From positions 1-33,056 of the forward strand of contig JBFXJV010000001.1 in NCBI GenBank assembly GCA_050174515.1: 33,056 nucleotides of DNA. The letters are read 5' to 3'. Position 1 is the stretch's first letter. Every line of letters starts with the position of its first letter. Position numbers and translations under genes: made by a program. This DNA is from Methylocystis sp. Lineage in GTDB: Bacteria > Pseudomonadota > Alphaproteobacteria > Rhizobiales > Beijerinckiaceae. The notes beneath the pieces are model-generated. The model had not been told where the DNA came from. It did no database searches and saw only the letters and a list, made by a program, of their open reading frames with translations. This document shows positions 9,267 to 19,545 of this stretch, piece by piece.

Positions 9267-10157
9267 ATGACAGCTATGCCGCGTATCATGGCGAAAGCGT
9301 GGGGTTTAGGGCTTGCGTTCATCGCAGCGGCCATGTTGGCGCTGGCGCTGCGACCGGATCTTCGCCTTGCCGCGCGCGTCGCCTGGAACGATCCGCGCCT
9401 GCTTCCCGCATTGGCGAATGATGCGCGGGTTCATTACGAACCCGAAGCGCGGGCCTGCGCCGAAGCCGTGGCTGCAATCGCGCCGCGCGCCATTGCGCAG
9501 ATCGAAGCCGCGCACGGACGCCCCTTCGCGCAGCCGCCGGTCATCGGCGTCTATGCATCCTACGACAATTACGCGAGCGGCAATGGCATGGACGATCCCG
9601 GCATCGCCGCCGTGACGCGCGCCGGCGCCGCGCTTCTGTCGCCGACGCTTTGCGGCGCTGAGCGCAACCGCCTCGAAGGCGTGCTCACCCATGAATTATC
9701 GCATGTGCATCTTTCCGGCTGGCGGCCGTTTGGCGCGCCGCGCCCGCCGCAATGGTTCACCGAAGGTCTCGCGGTGATGGCGTCGAATGGCGGCGGCGCT
9801 GAGGGCGTCAGCGAAGAAGAAGCGGCGCAGGCGATCCGCGCGGGCTATCGCGTCGTGCTCGACGGTCGGCGCTGGATCGACTTCGCCATGCTCGCCTTCG
9901 AGCGTGAACCGCCGCGCGATCCAACGAAGAGCACGCTCACCCAGCGCCAGCGGCTCGCCTACCGGCAGGCGGGAATGTTCGTCGGCTGGCTGCACACGCG
10001 CGACGAGACGGCGTTCCTGCAGCTGCTTCGCGCACTCGAAGCAGGAGAACCATTCGAGGCGTCATTCATGTCCGCCTTTGGCGAACGCGCGCCTTCACTT
10101 TGGCGCCGCTTCGTTTCCGATTTCACTCAGCAATCGCGCCCAGGCGCGCGCGGCTAA
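9267..10157 (+). CDS. Putative membrane-anchored zinc metallopeptidase (gluzincin/peptidase MA-like)
   Basis: N-terminal hydrophobic segment, HELSH (HExxH) and downstream PQWFTEGLA providing the third ligand E. Confidence 0.8.
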   Translation: MTAMPRIMAKAWGLGLAFIAAAMLALALRPDLRLAARVAWNDPRLLPALANDARVHYEPEARACAEAVAAIAPRAIAQIEAAHGRPFAQPPVIGVYASYDNYASGNGMDDPGIAAVTRAGAALLSPTLCGAERNRLEGVLTHELSHVHLSGWRPFGAPRPPQWFTEGLAVMASNGGGAEGVSEEEAAQAIRAGYRVVLDGRRWIDFAMLAFEREPPRDPTKSTLTQRQRLAYRQAGMFVGWLHTRDETAFLQLLRALEAGEPFEASFMSAFGERAPSLWRRFVSDFTQQSRPGARG

Positions 10158-10168
10158 CGCCGCATCCG

Positions 10169-10900
10169 TCACTTCAGAAACACGTAAATATCAACGTCGA
10201 CATTCGCGTCGTCGCCTTTGAAGTCGGTGAGATATTCCTCGACGATGAGGTCCTTGGTGTCGAGGCCCTTCTCGTCGAGATAGGCGGCGATCGCCTCATA
10301 GGTCGCCTCGATCTCATCATAGGCGCCGCGATGCTGGAATTTTAGCGCCTTGCCGGCGGGCGAAGCGCCGATGCTGACGCCGTCGGGCAGTTTTGGCGCG
10401 CCTTCCGGCGCCGAGGAGAGGGGCGCCATCGCTTCGAAGGAGAAGCCCGCGTCGTCGGTCTTGGTGAAGACGGCGAACGGCCGGCCATTGACCGCAAGAC
10501 CCGCCTTGCCGATGGCGTCTTTGAGTTTGGCGAGCACCTCGGAGAGCGTCTTGGCCGCGTCGCCCCACTTACCCTGCCCCTTGACCACGGCGGCGGGCCG
10601 GGCGTCGACGGTCACGGTCTGGCTCATCACCGCCTGGACCGCTTCGTCGGCGGCGCTTGCGGCAGGGCTGGTCTCTGCCGGCTTGGCCTCGCCGGGCGCG
10701 GCGGGTCCTTTCTCACCGGGCTTTTCGTCCGGAGCGGCAGTTGGCGTCGGCGGGACTGATTTCTCCGTTTCGTCAACGCCGCGGCCCGGAAACAGCGCGC
10801 GCTCGGAATAGATCGCGGCGCCCGCGACAAGAATCGTAAAGATCGCCAGCGCCCGCCAATGGCGTCGCAGGCTGTCCAGTAAGCCCGGTTCGTCTTCCAT
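10169..10900 (-). CDS. GyrI-like small-molecule-binding domain protein with N-terminal TM anchor
   Basis: TM helix, Pro/Ala-rich linker and [15 protein letters not shown]...EEYLTD. Confidence 0.85.
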   Translation of the reverse strand: MEDEPGLLDSLRRHWRALAIFTILVAGAAIYSERALFPGRGVDETEKSVPPTPTAAPDEKPGEKGPAAPGEAKPAETSPAASAADEAVQAVMSQTVTVDARPAAVVKGQGKWGDAAKTLSEVLAKLKDAIGKAGLAVNGRPFAVFTKTDDAGFSFEAMAPLSSAPEGAPKLPDGVSIGASPAGKALKFQHRGAYDEIEATYEAIAAYLDEKGLDTKDLIVEEYLTDFKGDDANVDVDIYVFLK

Positions 10901-11034
10901 GGTCGGGCGCCCTAATCGGCCATAATGGCATTTTGGCGCTCGCTGCGGCGGGCGTCCGGCGGACGCAGTGGCGCTTCGGCGCGGCCTTCTCTATATACGA
11001 GCGCGTCCCCCGAAGAACAGGCGAAATCTGCCTC

Positions 11035-11898
11035 ATGGCGCATCCGCTCGACCATCTTCAGATTCTGCGCATGAATGGCGCTGGAAACGAGATTCTGGTT
11101 CTCGATTTGCGCGGGACCGACCATGAGCTTGCGCCACAGGAAGCGCGCGCCATCGCCAATGCGCCCGGCCTGCGCTTCGACCAACTCATGGCGCTGCACA
11201 GGCCGCATCGGCTGGGCGACGACGCCTTCATGCGCATCTATAATGTCGACGGTTCGCCTTCCGCCGCCTGCGGCAATGGAACCCGCTGCGTCGCCTATGT
11301 TTTGGCGCGCGAGGGCAAGGACGCGCTGCGCCTGGAGACCGACGCCGGCCTCATCGAAACGCAGCGCAGGGCCGATAAGGTTTTCACGGTCGACATGGGA
11401 CGTCCGCGACTCGATTGGCGCGAGATACCGCTTGCACGTGCTGTCGAGGATACGCGCGAGGTCGCGCTCGATCCGCCGGTCGCCGGCGCGCCGACGCAAT
11501 TCTCCGCTGTGAGCATGGGCAATCCTCACGCGGTGTTCTTTGTCGATGACGCGCCGCTGATTGATCTCGCGACGCTTGGTCCGCACATCGAGCGTCATCC
11601 GCTCTTTCCTCAACGCGTCAACGTCAGCTTCGCGCAGATGCTTGCGCGCGACGACATTCTGCTGCGTGTCTGGGAGCGCGGGACCGGCGCGACCAAAGCC
11701 TGCGGCTCGGCCGCCTGCGCGACGCTGGTCGCGGCGGCGCGCGCCGGTCTTGGCGGTCGCGCCGCACGCCTGCGCCTGCCGGGCGGCGATCTTGCCATCG
11801 AATGGCGGGCTGACGATCATGTGCTGATGACGGGACCGGTCGAATTCGAATTCGAAACGACGCTCGACCCGCAGATTTTTCGGGACGTCGCCGCGTGA
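11035..11898 (+). CDS. dapF: Diaminopimelate epimerase
   Basis: [23 protein letters not shown] and [13 protein letters not shown]. Confidence 0.96.
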   Translation: MAHPLDHLQILRMNGAGNEILVLDLRGTDHELAPQEARAIANAPGLRFDQLMALHRPHRLGDDAFMRIYNVDGSPSAACGNGTRCVAYVLAREGKDALRLETDAGLIETQRRADKVFTVDMGRPRLDWREIPLARAVEDTREVALDPPVAGAPTQFSAVSMGNPHAVFFVDDAPLIDLATLGPHIERHPLFPQRVNVSFAQMLARDDILLRVWERGTGATKACGSAACATLVAAARAGLGGRAARLRLPGGDLAIEWRADDHVLMTGPVEFEFETTLDPQIFRDVAA

Positions 11899-13073
11899 AC
11901 GCGCCGCTGCGCAACGCCGATGTCGTGAGCTTCGGCTGCCGGCTCAACGCGGTTGAGTCACAGGAACTCGCCAAGGCGCATGCGAGCGCGCGTGATACCG
12001 TCGTCGTCAACACCTGCGCCGTCACCAACGAGGCGACGCGGCAGGCGCGCCAGTCGATCCGCCGCCTGCATCGCGAACGGCCGCAAGCCGAGATTGTCGT
12101 CGCCGGCTGCGCGGCGAGGCTCGATCCTCAAGGTTTCGCCAAGATCGACGGCGTGACGCAGGTTCTCGCCGAACATGCGCCAAACCGCGCGCTCTCGAGC
12201 GTCGAGGGCACGCGCGGTCTCCTCGCCGTTCAGAACGGCTGCGATCATCGCTGCACCTTCTGCATCATTCCGTTTGGGCGCGGCGCAGCGCGTTCCGCGC
12301 CGCCGAACCAGGCGTTCGCACAGGCGCGTGCGCTGGTTGCGAGCGGCAAAAAGGAAATCGTCCTGACGGGCGTCGATCTTACCAGCTATGGCGTCGATCT
12401 TGGCGACGGCTGGACGCTTGGACGCCTCGTGCGCCTGTTGCTGCACGAGGTTCCGCAGCTCGAACGACTGCGTCTTTCTTCCGTCGACTGTATCGAAGTC
12501 GACGACGATCTCATCGCCGCTTTTTCGGAAGACTCGCGACTTTGCCCGCATCTTCATCTGTCGCTGCAATCGGGCGACGATCTGATTTTGAAGCGCATGA
12601 AACGCCGCCATTCGCGACAGGACGCTATCGACTTCTGCCGCACGCTTCGCAGCCGCCGGCCCGACATCGTGTTCGGCGCCGACTTCATCGTCGGCTTTCC
12701 GACTGAAACGGAAGAAATGTTCGCCGCGACGCTAGACCTCGTCGACGAATGCGGGCTTACTCATCTTCACGTCTTTCCTTTTTCGGCGCGCCCAGGAACC
12801 CCGGCGGCGCGCATGCCGCAGGTCGCATCACTTGTCGCGAAGGCGCGCGCGGCGCGGCTGCGCGAAAAGGGCGACTCGGCGCTGCGTGCGCATCTCGACG
12901 CGCAGACGGGCCGAACTGTGCGGCTGTTGACCGAGCGCGGAGGCGCCGCGCGCGCCGCCGATTTCACGCTCGCGCGCACGCCGGGCGCGGAGGCGGGTCA
13001 GATGATTGACGCGCTGTGCACCGGCCACGACGGAAGCGCGCTTGAAACGCGCGTCACGGCTTTTGGTAGGTGA
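11895..13073 (+). CDS. mtaB: tRNA t6A37 methylthiotransferase (radical SAM)
   Basis: [21 protein letters not shown] (CxxxCxxC) and [18 protein letters not shown] overlap with dapF. Confidence 0.92.
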   Translation: MNAPLRNADVVSFGCRLNAVESQELAKAHASARDTVVVNTCAVTNEATRQARQSIRRLHRERPQAEIVVAGCAARLDPQGFAKIDGVTQVLAEHAPNRALSSVEGTRGLLAVQNGCDHRCTFCIIPFGRGAARSAPPNQAFAQARALVASGKKEIVLTGVDLTSYGVDLGDGWTLGRLVRLLLHEVPQLERLRLSSVDCIEVDDDLIAAFSEDSRLCPHLHLSLQSGDDLILKRMKRRHSRQDAIDFCRTLRSRRPDIVFGADFIVGFPTETEEMFAATLDLVDECGLTHLHVFPFSARPGTPAARMPQVASLVAKARAARLREKGDSALRAHLDAQTGRTVRLLTERGGAARAADFTLARTPGAEAGQMIDALCTGHDGSALETRVTAFGR

Positions 13074-14223
13074 TGCGGTAGATCGCGCCGTTCTGGTCGT
13101 CGGTGACGAGAAGCGAGCCGTCCGCGAGCTCCGCGACGTCGACCGGCCGACCAAGGTAAGATCCAGTTCCGACGTTCCAGCCTTCGGCGAAAGGCGCGCT
13201 CACGGTCGTGCCGGAGAGCGTCACCATCACCCGCGCGCCGATCGGCGCGCTGCGATCCCAGGAACCGTGCTGGGCGTAAAACAGCGCGCCGCGATATTCC
13301 TTGGGAAACATGTCGCCGCGGTAGAATGTTATGCCGAGACCGGCGGCGTGCGGCGCGGTCTCGATGACCGGGAAGACGAGGTTCTTTGGCGGCTCGGCGC
13401 GCGCATATTCATTGGTGCGCACATGTCCGCCGCCGTACCAGGGAAAGCCGAAATTCAGCCCCGCCCTGTCGGCGCGATTGATTTCCTCCGGCGGCCGATC
13501 GTCGCCCATCGAGTCGACTTGATTGTCGGTGAACCAGAGCGACCCATCCGTATCGAACGCCATGCCGACCGAATTGCGGATGCCGGTCGCGAAGACTTCG
13601 CGGCCCGATCCGTCGAGAGTCATCCGAATGATGCCGCCGATTCCGGTTTTCTCATAGAGCGGGAGCTTGTCCTGCGGCGCCACATTGTACGGCTGGCCGA
13701 GCGAAATATAGAGTCTGTTGTCTGGGCCTATCCGGCACACGCGCGAAGAATGGTTGCGGCTCTGTTCATTCCTTGGAATGAGATCGCCAGACTTGACGAC
13801 GATCTTGCCGTTTGTCGCAGCCTCGCGCCAGGTGTTTTCAGCGTCGTCAAACCGCGTGACGCGATTGCGCTCGACGAGAAAAAGCGCGCCATCCGCTGAG
13901 AGGCAGACGCCATGCGGCATGATGAACGGCAGAGACGGCGCGAAGCGTTCGACCGCGGCGGCCTGGTTTGCGCCCGGCGTCACCACATAGGCGTTTTTCT
14001 CATCCGTGCCGACAAAAATGGCTTTCCCTTCGCGTCCGACAGCGAGAGTGCGAGCGCCGGGCGCGGTCGCATAGAGCGAAATCGAGAAGCCCGGAGGAAG
14101 TTTGATGCGCTTCAGAATAGAAGCGATCTCGGCGCTTCCCGCATTCTGCGAAATGCTTTCGCCGGCGGCGACGTTGCAGCTCAGCACGCTGCCCATCAAA
14201 ACTGCGGCTATGACGGTGCGCAT
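13054..14223 (-). CDS. PQQ-dependent sugar / L-sorbosone dehydrogenase family protein
   Basis: Signal peptide, IKLPPGFSI, ATGIRNSVG, TDNQVD, HGSWDR and GRPVDV. Confidence 0.88.
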   Translation of the reverse strand: MRTVIAAVLMGSVLSCNVAAGESISQNAGSAEIASILKRIKLPPGFSISLYATAPGARTLAVGREGKAIFVGTDEKNAYVVTPGANQAAAVERFAPSLPFIMPHGVCLSADGALFLVERNRVTRFDDAENTWREAATNGKIVVKSGDLIPRNEQSRNHSSRVCRIGPDNRLYISLGQPYNVAPQDKLPLYEKTGIGGIIRMTLDGSGREVFATGIRNSVGMAFDTDGSLWFTDNQVDSMGDDRPPEEINRADRAGLNFGFPWYGGGHVRTNEYARAEPPKNLVFPVIETAPHAAGLGITFYRGDMFPKEYRGALFYAQHGSWDRSAPIGARVMVTLSGTTVSAPFAEGWNVGTGSYLGRPVDVAELADGSLLVTDDQNGAIYRITYQKP

Positions 14224-14534
14224 GGACTCGAGCCCTCACCATTAAATTCTATATGCGAGGCTGTGAACAAATATATAGGGTGAAAAGCACAAAGCCGCTT
14301 TGGCGTCATCCCGTCATGGCGACGTCACCGACGCCGCCGGTCACATTGGCGACATAAACGCCGAGGAACGCCCGACGTTCCCGGAGAACAATCAAGGCGC
14401 CGCCAAAGCGGCCGGGCGCGCCTTCCTTCTTGCATGAAATGCCGCTAATGCAGACGCACGGCGGACGATCGCTCCAGATGAAAAGCTCCAGTCTCCTCAA
14501 CAATGAACGGGCGTCGCCCGGCAGGTAAGGACGC

Positions 14535-15224
14535 ATGTCCCACGAATTCGCCATCGGTTGGGAAGTCTTCGAGATCATCTGGATCAACCTGCTGCTCTCG
14601 GGCGACAACGCGATTCTGATCGCGCTCGCTTGTCGACAGCTGCCGGTGCGCCAGCGCCGTTGGGGCGTCTTTCTCGGCGCGCTCGGCGGAATAATTCTAC
14701 GCATCGCCTTCACGCTCGTCATCGTCGAGCTGATGGCGATTCCCTATCTAAAAATCGTCGGCGCAATATTGCTCCTGATCATCGCCATTAAATTGCTGAT
14801 CGATGAAGGCGAACATTCGGACGTTAAGGCAAAGCCCAATCTCTGGGGCGCCGTCGGCGCGATCATCATGGCGGATGCGGTCATGTCGCTCGACAATGTG
14901 ATCGCCATTGCGGCGGCGGCGCGCGGCTCGACCAGTCTCATCGTCTTTGGGCTGTTGCTCTCTGTGCCGATCGTGATGTTCGGCGCCGGCGCGCTATTGA
15001 AAGTGCTGGAAAGGTTTCCCGTGCTCGTCTGGGCCGGGGCCGGCCTGCTCGGCTGGGTCGCCGGCGACATGGCGGCGGCGGACCCGGCGCTCCCAGAATT
15101 TGTTCTTGCCGCGAACCACGGCGCGCTTGAACTCTGGCTCGCCATCGGCGGCTGCGCCTTCGTGCTGGCCGTCGCCCTGGCGATCGCGGTCTACCGGCAG
15201 TGGCGCGAGGATCAGCGCGCTTAG
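14535..15224 (+). CDS. TerC family (YjbE-type) membrane protein
   Basis: INLLLSGDNAILIALA and ADAVMSLDNVIAIA motifs, AAGGA RBS. Confidence 0.92.
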   Translation: MSHEFAIGWEVFEIIWINLLLSGDNAILIALACRQLPVRQRRWGVFLGALGGIILRIAFTLVIVELMAIPYLKIVGAILLLIIAIKLLIDEGEHSDVKAKPNLWGAVGAIIMADAVMSLDNVIAIAAAARGSTSLIVFGLLLSVPIVMFGAGALLKVLERFPVLVWAGAGLLGWVAGDMAAADPALPEFVLAANHGALELWLAIGGCAFVLAVALAIAVYRQWREDQRA

Positions 15225-15277
15225 AACTTCCGCCACGCTATCTGCATTTCGGCGATTCCGCCCAAATGCAGCCTGAT

Positions 15278-16153
15278 CTAACCCCGTCCCAAGCCCTGTT
15301 TGGCGATCGGCTGCTGCGGATCGAGGGTAAGGGCGCGCTGGTAGGATTCCTGCGCCTTTGGCCGATTGCCGCTCTTGTCGTAGGCGACGCCGAGCCAAGC
15401 CCAGGCGAGCGCGCTTTTGCTGTCGACATTGAGCGCGGCGTTGAAATCCTCCACGGCCTTGTCGTATTTGCCGAGCGCCACAAGGCTTTCGCCGCGCGCC
15501 AGATAAGGCGCGGCGGCGAATGGGTCGCGGTCGATCGCGTTATCAAAATCGGTCACCGCGCGGGCGTTGTCGCCGCGTTTCTGGTGAATGAGGCCGCGCG
15601 CGTGAAAAGCCTGCGCGCTTTCAGGATTGAGCCGGATGGCCTGGTCGAGATCGGCGAGCGCCTGATCGAGATTGTTCTGCGCGCGCAACAAATTCGCCCG
15701 GCCGACATAGGCCGGCGCATGTCTGGGATTGGCGTCGATGGCATGGTCGAAATCGGCGCGGGCCGCCTCGCTCTGCCCCATTTGCCGTAACGCCAGCGCG
15801 CGATTGGTGTAAGCCGGCGAATTATTGGGCTCGAGCTTGATCGCCTGCGAAAAATCGCTGACCGCCTCCTGAAATCGCCCGACACGGGCATAAGCGACGC
15901 CGCGCGTATTGTAGGCCTCGGCGCTCGACGGATTGCGGCGAATCACTTCGCTGAGCGAATTAATATTGGCCGATGCGGCTTTGGGGTCGGTGTCGGCGAT
16001 TTCGGCGATGCCGCGTCCCGGCGGCCGAATGCCGCTCGCGGTTTCACAACCCGCAACGGCGATCATGGCGAGCGCTGCGACGCCGCGCGTCAGGGCCTGA
16101 CGGGATAGGGGCGAAGCTTGGCGGGGCGCAGCCGCCGCACGGCTAAAGACCAT
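15278..16153 (-). CDS. TPR-repeat protein, probable lipoprotein
   Basis: Multiple 34-aa TPRs (AYNTRG...A..DF..AI...P) and lipobox VAGC. Start uncertain (16153 or 16192). Confidence 0.88.
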   Translation of the reverse strand: MVFSRAAAAPRQASPLSRQALTRGVAALAMIAVAGCETASGIRPPGRGIAEIADTDPKAASANINSLSEVIRRNPSSAEAYNTRGVAYARVGRFQEAVSDFSQAIKLEPNNSPAYTNRALALRQMGQSEAARADFDHAIDANPRHAPAYVGRANLLRAQNNLDQALADLDQAIRLNPESAQAFHARGLIHQKRGDNARAVTDFDNAIDRDPFAAAPYLARGESLVALGKYDKAVEDFNAALNVDSKSALAWAWLGVAYDKSGNRPKAQESYQRALTLDPQQPIAKQGLGRG

Positions 16154-16213
16154 GCCTTCCAAACCTCCCAAGCCGTAGTAGTCGTCTCGCACTCGCTTCG
16201 TAGGGCAATTCTT

Positions 16214-16254
16214 AAAAAAAAGCCCGCAATCCGGCGAGAATTCGACAACGGGCT
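16214..16254 (-). terminator. Rho-independent terminator after rpsU
   Basis: Minus strand AGCCCG...CGGGC stem followed by an 8-T run. Confidence 0.7.
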
Positions 16255-16257
16255 GGC

Positions 16258-16491
16258 TCAGCGGCCGACCGCCTTGGCCTTAACCGGCAGCAGGCCTTCG
16301 CGCTGGAGTTTCTTACGGGCGAGTTTGCGGGCGCGGCGGACTGCCTCGGCCTTCTCGCGCGCACGCTTCTCGGATGGCTTTTCATAATGGCCGCGCAGTT
16401 TCATTTCGCGGAAGATGCCCTCACGTTGCATCTTCTTTTTCAGAGCTTTGAGCGCCTGATCGACATTGTTGTCGCGAACGAGAACTTGCAC
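16258..16491 (-). CDS. rpsU: 30S ribosomal protein S21
   Basis: GTG start, [25 protein letters not shown]...[10 protein letters not shown]. Confidence 0.97.
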   Translation of the reverse strand: MQVLVRDNNVDQALKALKKKMQREGIFREMKLRGHYEKPSEKRAREKAEAVRRARKLARKKLQREGLLPVKAKAVGR

Positions 16492-16721
16492 GTATCCATC
16501 CTGTGTTTGGCGCGCCGCGACGGAATCGTCGACAGGCGTTCGAATTGGGAACAGGTCGCCGGGCGCTGACGGAGCGCCTGACCCGTGCGGCAGCAGATAA
16601 CAGAGTCGCCCTTCCCTGTCCACGGCCAATTGGCGCAAACAGGGCTCAGCCTATACTTATGCGGCGCTGGGATGCTCCGGCGGACGCACGGAAAGCGTGG
16701 CGGCCGACTTGTTCTATCTCA

Positions 16722-16739
16722 GCGTTACAATATAACATT
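16722..16739. promoter_or_regulatory. Zur box
   Basis: GCGTTACAATATAACATT matches the proteobacterial TGTTATAnTATAACA Zur palindrome and sits directly upstream of a Zn ABC operon. Confidence 0.8.
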
Positions 16740-16743
16740 GGCC

Positions 16744-16929
16744 ATGTTCGACATGACGACGCATGAACGCGCCCTGCCCCAGCATACGCATGCCGACGCG
16801 GCTATCGCCGGCGCCGGCGCCAAAGAGATGCGGCTTTCGGCGCTCGGCGCCTCCGCCGGCGCGCGTCTGGGCGTCGCGGCGCTGCTCCTCGCGGCGCTGT
16901 GGGCCGGCGCCTATTGGGCGTTGCATTGA
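16744..16929 (+). CDS. Small single-TM protein leading the zinc uptake operon
   Basis: About 58-61 aa (ATG 16744 or 16753), N-terminal His residues, C-terminal SAGARLGVAALLLAALWAGAYWAL, TTGA overlap with the ATPase gene. Confidence 0.7.
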   Translation: MFDMTTHERALPQHTHADAAIAGAGAKEMRLSALGASAGARLGVAALLLAALWAGAYWALH

Positions 16930-17714
16930 CCGCGGTTGCTAACGCGCCGGCGATCCGGCTCGTCAATCTCACCCTCGGCTATGATCGCCGCCCGGCGGTT
17001 CATCACCTCGACGGCGAGATCGCGCCCGGCGAAGGCCTCGCCGTCTGCGGCCCCAACGGCGCCGGCAAATCGACGCTGCTCAAGGGGCTCGCCGGGCTGC
17101 TCGCGCCGCTTGGCGGCGCAATCGATTTCGTCGGCGCGTCACGCCGCGCCGCCGCCTATCTGCCGCAGGTCGTCGACATCGACCGCGCCTTCCCGATCAA
17201 TGTGCGGGATTTCGTGGCGATGGGCGCTCTGGCGCGCATCGGACTCTTGGCGGCGCTGAATCCGGCCGAGCGCGCGCGGGTCGCGTCGGCGATCGAAACG
17301 GTCGGGCTCGTCGGATTCGAATCGCGAACCTTGGAGACGCTGTCCGGCGGGCAGATGCAACGCGCGCTGTTCGCCCGGCTGATTGTCCAGGATCAGCCCA
17401 TCGTGCTTCTTGACGAGCCTTTCGGCGCGATCGACGAAGCGACGATCGACGACCTTTTGGCGCTGATCGCGCGATGGCGCGCCGAGGGTCGCACAGTCGT
17501 CGCCGTTCTGCATGAATTGGACATCGTTCGCCGGGCGTTTCCGCAAACGCTGCTGATCGCGCGCGAATGCATCTTCTGGGGCGCGACGCGCGCCGCGCTT
17601 TGCCAGGAAAATCTCGTCCGCGCCCGCGCCATGTCGGAAGCCTTCGACGAAGACGCGAGCGAATGTCTCCGCGACGACGGTCGCGGCGCCGAAGAAAAGC
17701 TCCATGTTCACTGA
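16926..17714 (+). CDS. Zn/Mn ABC transporter ATP-binding protein (AztA/ZnuC-like)
   Basis: GPNGAGKST, LSGGQMQR, LLDEP and VLHE. TTG start. Confidence 0.93.
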   Translation: MTAVANAPAIRLVNLTLGYDRRPAVHHLDGEIAPGEGLAVCGPNGAGKSTLLKGLAGLLAPLGGAIDFVGASRRAAAYLPQVVDIDRAFPINVRDFVAMGALARIGLLAALNPAERARVASAIETVGLVGFESRTLETLSGGQMQRALFARLIVQDQPIVLLDEPFGAIDEATIDDLLALIARWRAEGRTVVAVLHELDIVRRAFPQTLLIARECIFWGATRAALCQENLVRARAMSEAFDEDASECLRDDGRGAEEKLHVH

Positions 17715-18573
17715 CGTCTTCGTCGCGCCCTTTACCGATTATGAATTCATGCGGCGAGCGCTCGTCGGCTCGCTGGCGCTCGCTCTTTCGGGCGCGCCGC
17801 TCGGCGTGTTCCTGATCCTCCGGCGCATGTCGCTCGCCGGCGACGCGCTCTCCCACGCCATTCTGCCCGGCGCCGCCGTCGGCTATCTTGTCGCTGGGCT
17901 CTCCTTGCCGGCGATGACCTTTGGCGGTCTCGTCGCCGGTCTCGTCGTGGCGCTCGCCGCAGGGGCGGCGTCGCGATTCACGACGCTGCGCGAGGACGCC
18001 TCGCTCGCGGCCTTTTATCTCGTCTCGCTGGCGCTCGGCGTCACGCTGGTGTCGCTGCGCGGCTCGAACGTCGACCTGCTTCACGTGCTCTTCGGTTCGG
18101 TCGTCGGCCTCGACGACGCGGCGCTGCTGATGCTCGTTGGCGTCTCGACCGTGACGCTCGTCCTGATGGCGCTCTTCTATCGTGCGCTGGTGATGGATAC
18201 GCTCGACCCGCTGTTTCTGCGCCAGACGAGCGCGTTTGGCGAATTCACGCCCTTCCTCTTCCTTGCGCTCGTGGTGCTTAATCTCGTCGCTGGCTTTCAG
18301 GCGCTCGGCACGCTGATGGCGGTCGGCGTGATGATGCTTCCCGCCGCCGCGGCGCGCTTATGGACGCGCGATCTCGCCATCGCCCTGCCGCTCGCCGCGG
18401 CCATCGGCGCGCTCTGCTGTTACTTTGGTCTCGTCTTCTCCAATGAGACCAGCACGCCGACCGGGCCGGCGATCATTCTCGCCGCCGGCGTCGCCTATTT
18501 CGTCTCGATGATTTTCGGCCACGCCGGCGGCTTATTGCGGTTGAAACGCCCTCGCCGGCATCTCGAAGGATAA
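17704..18573 (+). CDS. Zn/Mn ABC transporter permease (ABC-3, AztB/ZnuB-like)
   Basis: RRMSLAGDALSHAILPG, DLLHVLFG and multiple TM segments. Confidence 0.93.
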   Translation: MFTDVFVAPFTDYEFMRRALVGSLALALSGAPLGVFLILRRMSLAGDALSHAILPGAAVGYLVAGLSLPAMTFGGLVAGLVVALAAGAASRFTTLREDASLAAFYLVSLALGVTLVSLRGSNVDLLHVLFGSVVGLDDAALLMLVGVSTVTLVLMALFYRALVMDTLDPLFLRQTSAFGEFTPFLFLALVVLNLVAGFQALGTLMAVGVMMLPAAAARLWTRDLAIALPLAAAIGALCCYFGLVFSNETSTPTGPAIILAAGVAYFVSMIFGHAGGLLRLKRPRRHLEG

Positions 18574-18577
18574 AGCG

Positions 18578-19453
18578 ATGTTCACACGCCGAAGCGCGCT
18601 CGCGCTTTCCCTCGTCGCGCTCGCTACCGCGACGCTGGCGGAGACGAAGAAGATTCCGGTCGTCGCCAGTTTTTCGATCATCGGCGATCTCGTCCGCGAG
18701 GTCGGCGGCGACCGGGTTTCGGTCACGACGATCGTCGGTCCTGACGGCGACGCCCATGTGTATGAACCCAGTCCCGCCGATGGACGCCGCATCGCCAAGG
18801 CGCGACTGATTTTCGTCAACGGGCTCGGCTTCGAAGGCTGGCTCGACCGTTTGATCAGGGCTGCGAAGAGCAAAGGCGAAGTCGTCACCTTGGGAAAAGG
18901 AGTCGCTGCACGGACGGGCGAAGAGGGGCTAGACCCGCATGCCTGGCAGGACGTGGCGAACGCGAAAATCTACGTCGAAGCGATTCGCGACGCGCTGACC
19001 GCGGCCGACCCCGAAGGCGCGCAAGCCTATAAGGCGAACGCCGACGCCTATCTCGCCCGGCTCGACGCGCTCGACGCCGACATCCGTCAGGCGATCGACG
19101 CCCTTCCGAAGGAGCGTCGCCGAGTGGTCTCGACCCATGACGCCTTCGGTTATTTCTCGGCGCACTACGGGGTCGAATTCATCGCGCCGCAAGGCGTGTC
19201 GACCGAAGCCGAGGTCAGCGCCCGCGATGTCGCAAGAATCATCGACGCGGTTAGGACGCATAAGGTTGCGGCGGTCTTTGTCGAGAATATCGCCGATCCG
19301 CGCCTAGCCAAAAGGATCGCGAGCGAGACCGGCGCCCGCATGGGCGGCGTGCTCTATTCAGATGCCCTGTCCGACGCAAAAGGCGACGGCGCAACCTATA
19401 TCGACATGATGCGCCATAATGTGAAAGAACTGACCAAAGCCCTGGCGCCGTAG
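18578..19453 (+). CDS. Zn/Mn ABC transporter substrate-binding protein (cluster A-I, AztC-like)
   Basis: DAHVYEP, DPHAW, THDAFGY and YSDAL metal ligands, signal peptide. Confidence 0.93.
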   Translation: MFTRRSALALSLVALATATLAETKKIPVVASFSIIGDLVREVGGDRVSVTTIVGPDGDAHVYEPSPADGRRIAKARLIFVNGLGFEGWLDRLIRAAKSKGEVVTLGKGVAARTGEEGLDPHAWQDVANAKIYVEAIRDALTAADPEGAQAYKANADAYLARLDALDADIRQAIDALPKERRRVVSTHDAFGYFSAHYGVEFIAPQGVSTEAEVSARDVARIIDAVRTHKVAAVFVENIADPRLAKRIASETGARMGGVLYSDALSDAKGDGATYIDMMRHNVKELTKALAP

Positions 19454-19455
19454 GC

Positions 19456-19527
19456 GGCAGTGGGCAGCGGGCCGTCGGCAATCGGAGATCCGACTGCCCA
19501 ATGACGACTGCCGACTGCCCAACTGCC
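19456..19527. repeat. Inverted heptamer tandem-repeat hairpin
   Basis: GGCAGTG GGCAGCG GGCCGTC GGCAATC ... GACTGCC CAATGAC GACTGCC GACTGCC (C)AACTGCC. Confidence 0.7.
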
Positions 19528-19545
19528 TTCTCCGCAGGAGAAAAA

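Noticed and set aside
14230-14534. yybP-ykoY manganese riboswitch upstream of the TerC gene
   Set aside because: Plausible from context, but I could not find the conserved GGGGAGUA and GAGACC segments. An Infernal scan would settle it.
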